Assembly (NCBI RefSeq): GCF_036321535.1 | Contig: NC_087472.1 | Location: 93,932,001-93,996,000, forward strand | DNA: 64,000 nucleotides | Source of the DNA: Camelus dromedarius | Taxonomy: Eukaryota | Direction of reading: 5' to 3' | Shown here: positions 28,990 through 41,519 of the stretch, in pieces | How the letters are laid out: each line of letters opens with the position of its first letter | Position numbering within the stretch: position 1 is the first letter of the stretch | Notes under the pieces: model-generated | What the model saw: only the letters and a program-made list of their open reading frames with translations | Database searches by the model: none | What the model was told of the DNA's origin: nothing | Position numbers and translations under genes: made by a program

Positions 28990-29210
28990 ATAATAATAAA
29001 AAAGTACCAGTTTTTGAGTGCTTACTGTGTATTACGTGTTGTGCAAAGAACTTGAATTATTGCACTTAATTTCACAAACACTAATATAGAGATATTATAT
29101 GTTTTAATGATGCTGCTGGGATTTAAGAAGTACACACCTTGGCTATGGAAAGTGATCAAGCTGAGAATTAGGTTTAGACAGTTTAAACTCCAGAACTTTC
29201 TCTCCTTACA
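28990..29210 (-). mobile_element. MIR SINE nested within the EBLL
   Basis: ttttgagtgcttactgtgt..ttaatttcacaaaca..gctgagaattagg..ctccaga is MIR-like. Confidence 0.6.
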
Positions 29211-29739
29211 CCTTCATCATAGATGTAATTTGCAGATGGATTTTTTTTTCTTGTGAACAGCGATTTTGGTAAGGATACTGTGGCTAAAATATCCTGATAA
29301 TTGTGTAAGATTTTCTTTTCCCTTTTCTCCTTCCTTTGCCTTTTCCTCCTCCTCTGTCTTCTTGTCTCTTCCTTCTGCTGTCACCATTATCATAATCACT
29401 ATGTAGGAATGCTTTTCCTTCACAAAGTGAGGTTTGCCTACACAATTATTTTTTAAAATGGCAATAATTAAAAACTCAAATAAAATTGTCCATCTCCTGT
29501 GTTATTATGTCAGCTGTAGCTTGGTTCAATCTGCTTTGTGATGAGAGACAGGCTAAGAGATTATAACTTAAAAGCAATGCAAACTTTTATCTGGGAAAAA
29601 ATTCAGCATTTCTCTTTATGTTTGAAGAAAGGAAACCATGGGAAATTGTATGAAAAGAAGCAGGTTTTCCTCTCATAATCTTATCTAAAAATTCAGAGCT
29701 ATTAAAAATCAAGGTAGCCTCTCTAGATCAATGTCTAAA

Positions 29740-29960
29740 AAATACATATGAATACACAATAGATATTTATAATTATTATATACATCTATACTATATATCT
29801 ACTGTATTAAATTATATATTGTGTACTATTTTAATTATAAGTATATATTATATATAATTATATATTATATAGTTATATATTATATCAGTAAATTACATAT
29901 ATTAAATTATGTGGTAAGATGTATATATAGCATGTGTTGTGTGTATATGTAGTTATATAG
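29740..29960. repeat. (TA)n-rich low-complexity tract
   Basis: Directly visible. Confidence 0.8.
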
Positions 29961-30129
29961 TAGTAGTTTTGGAAGTGTCTGTGAGAAAATGGTAATGAAA
30001 AAGAAATACCCAAATCATGGTCTGTAAATACTAAAAACTATATTGAATAGAAATTTTGTCATTGTATATATTGACTAGATTGTTATTATTGTATGTTAAA
30101 AATATTACAATTCCTTATTATTTAAAATA

Positions 30130-30970
30130 TTTTATCACTGTTGGGTGCAAGTGTCAAAACGTATCCACGTTCCTATGTCCTTATTTGCCATCTACCTCAA
30201 ATTTCATTTATAGAACACGTACCCTTTTCTAAGTATTGTTTTATAAGGAAAAATAAGGCATAACCTTTTCTCTTGAAAAAATTAAAATTTAAATCTATGG
30301 CTTTTAATTGCTAAAACAGTGATATTAGTAGTCACTATTTTAGGCTTAGTCTAACAGACCTCTGGAATCCAAGACGACAAACACCTCACTAAGGAGTGCT
30401 TTGTCAGTGGTAAAGTTACTCATTGCATCCAGGTTAGAAATTATTTTTTTACCCCTAACAAAACTATATTGAAAATGTATCAGACATGAGAGATGTTTTT
30501 CAGAAGCATTCTTTTTCTTGTCTTCTATTTTTCTCTCTCCATCTGTTTCTTCACCATTGGCTTTTCCCCTCAGTCTGTAAAAATCCCCAAATCAGTCACT
30601 ATATAAATAAACAAATGATAGCCAAAATAATACACATTAATCATTAACTAGGCTTGACAGCAGACCCCCGACCCACATTGTCCACTTAATCTCCCTGTGA
30701 CCATCAAAAATGCAATATAACTTCTCTGATGCTCACTTAAGGATGAGTACATTACACCAGAACACAAATATCCCAATGTAGTATGCTTATTTCTTTGGCT
30801 ATCTCTCAGCTCATAAATCAGCCTAGGAATTCATCATTGTATTGTTACCTCTTTGATATTTCAAAGCTTTTTAAAGTCACCTCACTGATAGAGATGATAT
30901 AATAACCTACCTCACCATTACCTACACACATCTTTAACCTGTATAAATTAGACTTTCTCAACCAAACTCT
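30130..30970 (+). pseudogene. EBLL fragment, RdRp motif D/E region through block IV
   Basis: LTKECFVS~LKVEECWVS (30394); G*KLFF~GKKLFF (30432); ADPRP~SDPLP (30660); YPN..SL~YPD..SL; LIEM~LTEM (30885); PLPTHIFNLYKL~PLRPRDMSALFAL. Catalytic GDN not confidently readable. Confidence 0.65.
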
Positions 30971-31129
30971 GTGTGCATGCATCCGCACAGGCACACACAC
31001 ATGCGCACAGGCACACACACGTCCACATCCAAACACGTGCAAAGTTGAGATTTTCCTCTTGTTTTCTCTGGCAAGACCAAATATTTAACAACTGTCACAT
31101 TAAAAAAAAAAACAACGGTGAGTAATCAT

Positions 31130-31950
31130 AGACTCCTCTCTGTATCTGGCTTTTTCATCCTCTCTAATCTAACTGGTCATGAAATTCTTGGGATCCTACC
31201 CTGTGGATGTATCACACCTTTATCCCTTTTTCTCTGTCCTCATTGCAGCAACCTCAGGTTTTGACTTTGTGAATTTCTCTCCTTCAGGCCCTCATCACTT
31301 TTGTCAGGCCCTCATAAATGATCTCAGTGGCTAGACACTCTTTGAATGAAATAAGCGCCCTTACCCTTTCCCTGCTATGCATAGGTGATATTTTTCTTAT
31401 TACTTGAATGTTCTTGCTCAATTGTCTTTCTTGGAAGCATACACTCAATCTTCAGTTGACAGAGCAGGTTTCCCCCAGGTCTCTCCTGAGCCTTACTCCC
31501 CAGACTTCCTATAACCTGCCATGGAGAGTCTGTCTGTCTTTTTGTGGTCTCCAGTATCCTTCTGCCAAGACCATACATAGGAAATCTATATGCTCTTGAA
31601 GACCCAGCTCTACTTTGATCTCATGAGAAGTGTCCCTCACTAGTGTAGGTCAGTGATTCTCACATTATGATTGCCAGAAAAGCACCATAGGCACCTGGGA
31701 AAATGATAGAAATACAAATTCTCCACCTTCATGACAAAATTGCTGAACCAGAACTCTACACGTTTCTGTTTTAACAAGACCCCCAGGTGATCTGGATACA
31801 GGCTAAGTTTGAGAAACATGCAAAGGCAATATTTTTCTCATTCTCTGTGCTTTCACAGCAACTTCCACACATTTTGAATTATAGCATTTACCATATTATA
31901 ATTCCTTCTCCATTATTTTCTTAAATATTTATCTCTTCCTTTTGTAGGTG
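31130..31950 (+). mobile_element. L2 LINE 3' region with nested MER5A (~31650-31820); its 3' tail resumes at ~37790-37885
   Basis: L2-like body; MER5A termini cagtgattctc..tttgagaaacatg; L2 tail cttggcacatagtag..ttgaacaaattaatg at ~37830. Confidence 0.65.
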
Positions 31951-31989
31951 GTGGACATGAAAAAAAATTCAACTTATACTAGTAATCGT

Positions 31990-32420
31990 TACAGCAACCT
32001 TGTTTTCACCATCTTTAGCAGCTGCTGGACAGTGGCAACAAGTGGCCTGAGTCCATGTACTTACCCAACCCTGGCAAGAAAGAGTAGTCTATACAGTCAG
32101 CATAATGCTGATTCAGTTTTTCCTCACAGGTCAGGAGGAACATGATAAGCATGCACCTGACACTTCTGCCCAAAAAACTCAATGATCTTTCTGAAATACC
32201 CGCTTTATGCCTCCAAGCTTGATCACTGCGATGGTGCCAGGTGTAAACTGCCTTGGATTGTTCTTCCCAAGAGTCACTCACTCTGTAGTCATACACTTCG
32301 GTACCTGTCCACAGTGGCCACAATCAGCTATGGATTCATGAAGTTCATCAGACCTGCACAGAGTGGACTGGTGTATCACTTCATAGTAGCATTGTTTCTA
32401 GCAGTCCTTTGAGGGTGGTG
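31990..32420 (-). pseudogene. NME1-NME2: Processed pseudogene fragment of the NME1-NME2 read-through transcript (nucleoside diphosphate kinase)
   Basis: PLCAGLMNFM..VTLGKNNP..PGTI (NME1-like, PFFAGL) followed by IKLGGIKR..EEKLNQHYADCIDYSFLPGLGKYMDSG (NME2-like [27 protein letters not shown]); intronless. Confidence 0.85.
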
Positions 32421-32824
32421 AGGTTCAGGAACATGCTTTACCATTTTAAAATTAACTTGAAAATTGTTATTTCCTTTGCATCACAAAAAAATGCTGGGAC
32501 ATAAGAGTATGAATAGTAGACACAGAAAATCGAGGGCCAAATACATAAGTAGAGTGGATCTGAAATTTCAGATGTATTCTGGAGCTTGACTCTTACTATT
32601 TTAAAAGAAAAATAACGATAGGTTCCTCGTAGAAAGTATCAGCATGTGTTTACCCACTGTAGGGAACTCAAAGCTGTGTTGTCTTTCACTTCAAGATATT
32701 GGTGATTCCTTGTTTTCTAACACTACTGAATGTATGTCATAGCCATGGAGGTCATTACCCTCTACAAAAAAGATTCATTACTACTTATTTCAGATTTTCA
32801 TGTAGCAATACATCTATGTCCTGT

Positions 32825-35030
32825 GGGTGGGGATCCTTTTGAGCGAGTTGTTATTTGCAGAGGGTTGGTTTCACTGGGACTCCCGGCCTGCCTTCAAGGC
32901 GTTCAGTTGGCTGCGACCTTTGCAGCGCACCACAGGGTGCTTGTTAGCATTGCTCTCAGGATTTGAAAGACTTGGGGGTCTGCCGTCAGTGTATGGCCCC
33001 TAGAGGGGTTTGCCGGGCACACGAAAGAGTGTTTCACAAACGAGACTTGTCGCCTTCTCCCGTGGGTGGTGACTGAGGTGTCCTCCACGCCCCCAGTTAA
33101 TGTCCGTTTGCAGGATGACCATCTGCAGCATGTGGATTGCGGGGCTTTCTCTCCCAGGGGGGTGACTTCTCTAGGATCCACCTACTCTGGGCTTTGGGAA
33201 TCATTTTACATGTGTGACTCCACACACAAGCCCTTTCTAGAAGCATACCTTGTAAGAGGAATGTGAGTGTGCTGTTCTTTGAAGGCTTAGAAATTGCAGC
33301 CGTGGAGCCACTCCACGGCTAGCTTCGGTTAACTAGCTTCGGTATGTGCTGAGCTTGAGCAATAGGACACAGATTTCCTTTTCCTCCTCATCTTGGGAGG
33401 AAGCCTGTTGTACCAGGGTGACTGACGTCTGACTCAGTGAGTGGCTTCTGGCCTCATCAGGGTTCCGCCCCTGAGGCTGAGTGTCTCCCTTTAATACTGG
33501 GTCAGGGGCCCTCCGCTCTGTTTCTACCACAGGAGGCCTTCCTGAGGGCATAAGGGAGATGGCCTCCTTAAGATAATATGCATCGGCTTATGCCAGAGGT
33601 TTTCTGCTGGTGACTCCCAGGCCTGTCGAGGGTGCCTGGACGTTCAGTTGAACATGTTTGCGCTTCCTTGGCTCTCTACGTCGTGAAGCCTGACATGATG
33701 ATGGAGGTGGTTCACTTCCGTTAAAGTGCCTCACCTCTACTGCTTAGAATTTTCACTGCTTGCCAACAGCTGGGTACAAGTCAGAGGTTCTGGCCCCAGA
33801 CCACGGAGTGATTCCTAGGAGATTTACCCACCCAGGGCGTTGTATTGTCCTTGGGCCACGCTGTTGTGGGCGGTATTCTCATCGCAGTTGCTGCCAAAGG
33901 AAGCGAGGGCAGTGGCGGTGACCGGCTTAGCGTGTCAGCCATCGGTTTTCTAGGTTTTTAATGTTTCACTGGGATCCCTAAGAGGGCTGTGGTAGGAATG
34001 CTTCAGCCCGTGATGTGACCTCTGAGTATACTCTTCTTGATGACACAGGTCTGTGGACCGTATGGTCTTAGTTTAGACAGCAGACTGTTTCTGCATCGCC
34101 CCACCTCAGGTGTGGCGTCATCTCCTAAGACTGGCTGTAGGATATGGCCAGAGGCCCTTGTGCCTATCCCCCGGGTCTGTATAATCTGGAACAGGTTGTA
34201 GCAGGCAGCGGCTCGGTTTCGGTCAGAATCTCTCCCTGCACTCACGGCCTTTGGTGTCCGGTGGCCAGTGTACCCCAGGGTGCCTGTTACATTGCTGCCT
34301 CAGTCTGAAAGAACCTGCGGTCTGTGTTCGGGGTACTGCTACGAAGGGGTTCCCACTGGGCGTGCAAGCGTGTCACGTCAGGAGAGTTTTCCTCGTCTCC
34401 TTGGGGTGGTTAGTGAACTCTCCTCCAAGACCTCATTTACTGTCCCTTGGGCAGGATGACAGTTTGCATGGTGGGTATCCCTGTGCTGTTTTTCCACATG
34501 GAATGACTTTTCCTGGGTCATCCCACTCAGGGCTTGAACAGTCATTTTAAAAGGTGTAGTTCACCGTACGAGCACGTCCGAGCACGTCCGAGAACCAGGC
34601 CTCGTAAAAGCAATCTGACGTTCGTGTTGCCCGTAGGCCTGGCAGTGGTTGCCCCGGAACCACTCAGCGGGTGGTGACGACCTGCCGTTTCTGCTGAACT
34701 TGCCCATTGTGGGCCGTGGTATCACTTTCCTCATCTCCTTGGGACAAGCCTCACTGTACCAAGACATGTCTGTCCCCTGGGTGGGTATCCTTTTGAGCGA
34801 GTTGTCGTTTGCAGAGGGTTGGTTTCACTGGGACTCTCGGCCTGCTTTCAAGGCATTCAGTTTGCTGCGACCTTTGCAGCGCACCACAGGGTGCTTGTTA
34901 GCATTGCTCTCAGGATTTGAAAGACTTGGGGGTCTGCCGTCAGTGTATGGCCCCTAGAGGGGTTTGCTGGGCACACGAAAGAGTGTTTCACAAACGAGAC
35001 TTGTCGCCTTCTCCCGTGGGCGGTGACTGA
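32825..35030 (-). repeat. GC/CpG-rich ~1954-bp tandem monomer derived from the EBLL C-terminus, bounded by a 252-bp near-identical direct repeat (32825-33076 / 34779-35030)
   Basis: About 9 mismatches in 252 bp by manual count; interior aligns loosely with AT-rich 35030-36650 (attttcactgcttgccaacag at ~33750 vs attttcattgcttgccaacag at ~35685; cccactcag 34522 vs cccactcgg 36423); RGHTLTAD~ARHPWSAD near the L C-terminus. Confidence 0.85.
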
Positions 35031-37780
35031 AGTCTTTTCATTAACTCTTTATTGTATCTTTTTGTATTATTAAACTTACTCATAGAAATCTATATTACCT
35101 TGAGTTTTTTTCCTTGTGATTAGCTCAGTTTGTAGCGACCCTATTTAAACATAGTTACAGATCATGTACTGATACACAGTTGCTTTGCCCATTGAGAAAA
35201 AATTAATTTTGGTATTCAAAGAATGCCAGCTTCTTTGTGTATAGCAGCTCATCGTGTATTGAGTGCTTTCAATTGTTAGTAAACTTGGCCGTCATGAGCA
35301 GTGGAATTTTATTTCCTTAACTCCCTGGTGTAACGTGTAATGCCAGGACAGATTATATCTGCTACTGTTATTGGTTTTTGACCTGATATCTTGTTTACCT
35401 CCGAGATTGAGTTTCCCTTTAGTATCGAGTAATGAAGTCTCTCAAATGCGCCTATAGCATGAGCCATACTTCTGGGGTACTAAAAGTGCTTTGTTTAGGG
35501 TAATATGTATATGTCCTGCCAGCAGATTTTAGGTTATTTTTGCTGTACTCTTATGATAGTCAAGAGTGTTTTTACTTTATGTTCAGTGTGTTGATTCTTC
35601 AGTGGTTGTTGATATTATTTAAAGCTTACATAACAATGGAGTCTATTCACTTTATTTAAATGCTCTTCAATTTACTTTTTCAAATTTTCATTGCTTGCCA
35701 ACAGTAGGATGAAATTGAGAGATTGTGGCTCAAAACCATTGAGTAATTCCAATGAGAATCATTTAACTTGCCCTTACTCACTCAGAGCTTCCTATTATCC
35801 TTGTCCTATGTTAGTGTGGATCGTGAACACTCACTCTTTAGAGTAACCCCAATAAAGAAATTAAGTTGCCATTCTGTAAATGCTCGTCAGTGGTTTCCCC
35901 AGAGCCACCTACTGTTTAATCAAATGCAGTTTCTGGTTAAGTTTTCAGTAATAGGTATAAACTTCATGTTTTACCCCAGGCAAACAAGAAAACTCAGTCA
36001 AGTTATAAATGATTTACAGGCTGATTTTCAGTCTAAAATGTTCCTATGTTGTTTAATCTATGTTTGTACTTGTACTGGGAGATTAATTGTTTTGTGTATT
36101 CCCGTAACATGATTCCTCTCACAAAGATAGTGTAGGTGTTTTTGTGAAATAATATAGATAGGTTCTTGTTAGAAGATTTCACCACGTCTTCGTGCAACTT
36201 ACCATGATAGACAATATTTTAATGTCTGTCATTTCATGTATAGGTTGTTCAGTGATGCCTAACATTACTGAAAGTGTCATGGTCACAGAAGTGATTCCCT
36301 TCCTCTCAAATTGATTCATTCTACTCTTAAATTTTCATTACTTGTACCTGCGTTTTGAAAATTACAAAGTTGGTGAAATCCATTGGCTGACACCTCCTGA
36401 GAATTACTTATCTTGTATTTTACCCACTCGGAATGGTTGTTCATTCATGCAGTTGTGCAATGGGATGCGAACATAAATAAAATTGATGCCACATGTCTTG
36501 ATGACATTAAGTGGCCAGGCTTACCATGACAGTTACTGGTTTACAAGGTTTTTTTCCTGTGTTTGTGGCTAAGCAGACCATTGTAGGAATGTTCTAGCCA
36601 ATGATATAGTCTATGAACAAAGCCCTCACTAATCACACAGGCTTGAAGATGGTGGCGGCTGCAGTCTTGCAATGAAGACTATTGGTTAACTGCGTAATTT
36701 GCCGTGAGTTTACTCCACTAAGGGTAGTTTAGAGTCATTGTCTAACATGTGCAATAGAATATGAACAGAGAACCAAGTGGATGTCCTTTTGATGAGGATA
36801 ATATAAAGCAATTTGTAGAATACAGTGGATTGGTTTTCCACAAAATCATTTATTTTGTTAACCACCTTCAGTGTCTGGGGGACTTTGTACCACACCATTT
36901 GAAAATACAATTGTTTTCTGGGAGTGTGTAATTGAACCACAGAAAGTAAACAGTAGAGTATAAAAGAATCACAATTAGTGTAACTACGCACTTGTCTATT
37001 GACTGTAGCATTAAAGATAGAAACTCATTTTAGCAGTTATTTAGCATTTTATATAAATGAGCCAAAGATGATCTTTGTATATGGGCCCTTAGGTTTTCTA
37101 CTATTTGACAGCAGGCTGAGACCCATTAGCTCAAAAGCCCACCAGCACTGAACTGAAAATTTTGTACATTCAGTTGTTTTAAACATAGCCCAAATAAGCG
37201 GATTGTTAGCCAGTTATAGCTTGTCTGCTTTGCATACCCTGTGAAACTATGTCCAACATCTACTGGCCATAGCTAAGATAAACTCCAGGGCTGTAAAGAG
37301 TATGATACTGCCTCTTGAAGATCTGTCACCCAGAGACTCTCTGTCTTGTGACTGAATGACATGTAAGGCCCCCTTTTGACTCTCCTCTCCCCAGCAAGTT
37401 TTCTTACCAATCTTCTGGAGGACATCCCCTGCGCTGTAGCCTCTGGACAGTCTCATGCTGTGAGGGACTTCCCCCACATGCAAACCTGTCAAAGCGTCGT
37501 CCAGATAAAGCTTGTGTGTGCCACCTTATTGTGGTTTTATTTTCCTTGATCAGCCCCGAAATCCCTAGAACCACCTACTTACAGCTAAGAAGAAAGGAAG
37601 GTATAGCAGCAATGGGCTCTCTGATTTATAAGACTCTTTTTAGAACATATTGTCACATATCATATATGCCAAGGAGTAATGGGCTTAGGATGAGGATATT
37701 TTGGCAAAGTAGTACTATTGTACAACAGTAATTATTTTGGCAGAAGCCATATTGAGACCTATTAGACTCAGCATATAGAC
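35030..37780 (-). pseudogene. EBLL, C-terminal half of L (AT-rich copy), split by a solo LTR
   Basis: KPITPWHI~MPLRPRDM (~37675); RQVRSYT..VQLH~KQLRRLT..EQFH; LYFQMVWYKVPQTLK~LYLDAIIYCPQETLR (ORF 36710-36991); GFVHRL~GTLTHRL PRNTase HR motif (~36612); GINFIYV~TIHFQHV at the expected spacing; KYCLSW~GYCLGI; SLNFILLL~ALTIILVL; VADIIC~ISDMCC. Confidence 0.8.
37076..37583 (+). mobile_element. ERV solo LTR inserted in the EBLL
   Basis: ~500 bp TG...CA element with LTR-like composition and a gataaa polyA-like site at ~37504. Confidence 0.7.
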
Positions 37781-37959
37781 AGACAATAGAATGTCTATCA
37801 GTGTTTTCCTTGCACCTTATACTACTCTTGGCACATAGTAGATTCTCAGACTTATTGGTTGGTTAGTTGGTTGAACAAATTAATGTTTGAGGAATTTGAA
37901 TAACTGTCTAAAAAGTATAATTTTTCATTTAATTGGAATGTATTTAAAATACCCAAATC

Positions 37960-38900
37960 TGAACACGCATTTACTTGCAATCCTTGTAATGCCCAGGGCT
38001 CATGATTTTAATTGTGATGTTCAGTGGATAGTATGTATGTATGTTTATATACACAATAAAGGAGGTTGGTTTGGGGAGGTATTTTTTTCCCAATCATATA
38101 TCCTAGAAAGCTTTTGTTTGATTGTGTTAAATCTATTTTATTGCCTTGTTCCTCAGTTTGATATATTGGAATGAATAAAAATTAGCCTGCAGAACATGTA
38201 AAAAGGAATAAGATGCTGTTTATTATCTAAAAATTTTATGAGTTCCTTGGTTTCTAAATAAAGGAGAGTTTATTCAACTAATGAAAACTGTCAACAACTT
38301 TTCCATCACAGTAGTAGAGGCAAGAAATAAATGATCTTTTGTTTTCCATATGCATATATAAATAGAAGAGAGTTTCAAGGAGGATTTCTTTGTCCAGAAA
38401 AGAATATATGGCACTCCCTCCCCCCATGAGTTGTTTTAGTATACCTGATTTATAAAGCTGGCATTTCTTCTCAGAACTTACATCTCAGCAAACCAAACAC
38501 TATTTTATCTTTAGTGTCTGGTCTTATATAGCCAAATGGATTCTTTTCTCTATTCTTTGAGGAAAAAAATATTTTACATACTGATTTTTACCCAGGCAAT
38601 GTACTAAATATTTTTAAATATTCTGTTTGGTAATTTAGTAGAATCATTTAGCATTACATTATAACACTGGATAGGAATTTGCTGAAATTAAGTCAGTAGC
38701 AGATTTAGGGTTAAAATATAAATCAATTCTTCATGAAGTTATGTAAGTAGTACCTTTTAAAGATTTAGAAAGTTAGTGTCATTTGAATTCATAAATTAAC
38801 GTTCAGCAAGAGTTTTAGCATGGGTGACTTTGTTTTAGAGATCTTATCCTTTACGTAAACTGTTTCTTCATTTTGGTAATAATTTTATTTGTATTAATTT
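37960..38900 (+). pseudogene. Copy I: endogenous bornavirus-like nucleoprotein (EBLN)
   Basis: LFYCLVP~VFLCLLIP; KFYE~KFYG (38231); GEFIQLMKTVNNFSITVV~LEISSIFSHCCSLLIGVV; *IEESFKEDFFVQKR~QIKKRFKTMMAALNR (38362); F...D...W~F...E...W; ILSLV~VLSLL; FTQAMY~YAQMTTY. Confidence 0.7.
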
Positions 38901-39049
38901 TTTCATTTTATAAAACATAGTTTTCATAATTTTCTGAAAAATGGGATTTGCAGTTATATCCTACACTGAAAGCATGTTATTTATCATATATCAGTTGTGT
39001 GAATTTGTCTTGTTGAGTAGTATTCCAAATAGGCAAAGTTCAAATAGCA

Positions 39050-39480
39050 TGAACTAAAAATGTTATATCCTATTATTCCTCAAAAATATCTTTGAAGCCA
39101 GTTTAATATGATAGAGAATAAAATTTGAAAATACAAAATACAATAACTCTAAACCCAAAATCAAGTAGTGTTTGAAATAGTATTATACAAATAATGTAGT
39201 AAACACTACTCCCTTGAATAAAAGCTGGTATAAATAATTACTCTGTCGGAGTGTGGTGGAAGAGGGCTTGTAAAACTAGATTGACTTTTTCAGATAAGTA
39301 GGAAAAAAGGTTGTTTTAAGGAATGTAAGCTTCATGTGAAATAGCATTTTGTAAATTATTTTGAAAATTTTCATCTCAAATGTAGTCATGTAAAAACTCT
39401 TATCATGACTCAGAAAAGTTTCTGAAGATAACACAGTAACCCTATTTCCTTTTTCCTATTGTTCCAATTCAACAAATATA
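39050..39480 (+). pseudogene. Copy I: bornavirus-like phosphoprotein (X/P) remnant
   Basis: FENFHLKCSHVKTLIMTQK~GENIKILDRSMKTMMETMK in exact register (39360-39416), at the expected distance from N. Confidence 0.55.
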
Positions 39481-39679
39481 ACCTTAACTCTGGTATATTA
39501 TAATTATTAATTAAATTTATGTATTTGAATTGGGCAATAGACAATATATGATACTGGAAAGTAAATGTAATTAGCTATTGGTGTTTAATGACAGTATAGT
39601 CCCTTAAACTAGATTATTTGCAATGATAATGTGTTTTATTTCATTAGAAAAATTTCTGATCATTTATACATATGACTAA

Positions 39680-39990
39680 GACATTTGCGTTTGACTAGTA
39701 CAGTGAGATGTAAGTCTGGGTTTACATTAGCTTTTTAAAGAACAATCAGTCATCTTTTTTCTCAAGTGTCTTTGCCTGGAAAGAAAAAATAGTGGAAAGG
39801 ATTTTGGGGAAAAACTCTTTATATATAGACAACTGATAATAGATGCTGAAACTTCTATTTTCTTAAAATTGAGAGAGACATAGAAATAATGGTTATGCCA
39901 ATGTTTTCTAGGTCACCAGTGAATCCTTCAGCAGAAATTGTGTCTAACTACCTCACCTTCAGTTGAAGGTAGCAGTAGTTGTGCAATTCT
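39680..39990 (+). pseudogene. Copy I: bornavirus-like matrix (M) remnant
   Basis: FSSV..ERILGKNSLYID~FLSV..EKKLTDYFTID; SNYLTFS*R~FNVFSYRLR (~39945); position fits the N-to-M spacing. Confidence 0.45.
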
Positions 39991-40199
39991 TGTTTTCAGT
40001 CCAATCTGCTTTTCTTTCTGAGAATTTTGTGAATTTTAATGTTAGAGAAACCTAATGTAAAGGAAAGGAAAAGAGAAGTGTGTATGTTTGACAGTGTTAG
40101 GTAAAGCAGTGATCAAAAGGAATTTTCTAAGAAACACAGTTCATCTGTAATAAAAGCATTTTAACTGTAAAATAAATCCAAACCTACTGATTTATTTGT

Positions 40200-41310
40200 T
40201 GATAAACCTCCATTGCCATTGTCCTATATTTGACGGGCTTCCCAGAGAGAGTGATTTTTGGAACCAAACCATCACTTTATTTAAGTATAGAAAAGTTTCT
40301 GAAATGGTTTGTAATGAAAATATGTTTTGTGAGAAATAATTTGGTGTGAAAGAATTGATACGTTATTACTTCACTATTGTCATATCTATGTAGCATCACT
40401 GAAAGATAGAGATTATTAGGACACAATGTTAACTTCTTTTCATTTTCCCAGATACTTTACTATCTCATCAAAATGAATTTTTTTTTTTTTGTAGTCTTAC
40501 CACATTGCACTTCATAGTTTAGAGTGTATAATTAAGTCATAGAGATGTAAAACTGAATGAAGAGTTCCCTTTTACTGATTGAGAGGAGTCCCAGGTCTTT
40601 TTTCCCCCAGTTTTATTGAGATATGACTCATAACAGTGTTCAAATTTAAGGTGTACAATGTGCTAAGTCTTACTAAAAAGAGGACCGCTTTTCATTTCTC
40701 AACATCTTGAGACCAATGTCAGGGGGAGAATGACGATGCTGTATAATGACAGAGTAGATGAAAAGGTCACTGCTACCACCTCCACTTCCCTTCCTAACAA
40801 GACCCTTGGAAAGTGTGGTATAGATTGAGAATAGAGGTCCTCACTGCCTTGAGATCAGTATAACTATAGATTCTAAGCTCCATGTGATTAGCCAATATAT
40901 TTGTCTTACTAAATGATATATTTCCATCACTGACCCCATAGCCAGGCACACAACAGTCTATCAGTCAGCCAGTTGGGTATGTTCATAGCAATTGCTCTGA
41001 AACTTGAAATAAACTACGTAGCAGTGATGGTAATGAATTGCTTTAAGACCATACCTAAAAGAGCATAGTGGAGTACCTGATACACAAAATCACTCAACTG
41101 AAATAAAAGGAATATAATAATTAACTATATTAAAATGCAAATACACAATGAACATATATTTACAGTTTCTTAACTTAGATTGTAATTTTAGATTCATAGC
41201 AATGACCTGATTACTTTATTAGACTCATTGTTTGAAGGCCTGTTACCATATGATTTAATTTACTGTCAATCAAATATGTTTTCATTTTCATACTACTGAA
41301 GATAGAAATT
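40200..41310 (+). pseudogene. Copy I: bornavirus-like glycoprotein (G) remnant with TE insertions (~40500-40980)
   Basis: FLKWF~FECNWF; YC../CSIT~YCSFADCST; CFKTIPKR then VEYLIHKI~IEYLVHKL (41068-41091). Confidence 0.6.
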
Positions 41311-41519
41311 TGATTTTTTTAAATGCCAGCAGGATGTAGAGAAAGAAAACAACATTTACTGAAAGTTTTTAAATGCTCTACAAAACTGGAGTTTATTTTT
41401 TTTTTTGGAGTTTTTAAAAAACTCATTTTAATTAAAATATAATTTGTTCATTTTAACTTTTTTAATAGTTCAACTACTTGCCGAGTAACATAGGTAAAAA
41501 AGAAAAAAATTATGCTAAT

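Noticed and set aside
30245..30335. Candidate catalytic GDN remnants (taaggcataacc or agtgatattag)
   Set aside because: Two competing degenerate candidates; neither can be assigned by eye
34447..34465. LGQDDS on the + strand resembling LGQGDN
   Set aside because: The segment is L on the minus strand (PRNTase region); flanking + frame shows no RdRp motifs
32825..35030. 252-bp direct repeats as LTRs of a retroelement
   Set aside because: No TG..CA ends, PBS/PPT or TSD; the interior is homologous to the adjacent sequence, i.e. a tandem duplication
37995..38030. Minus-strand PLNIT as an extension of the 37.8 kb EBLL
   Set aside because: Spacing is wrong and the region fits N on the + strand better
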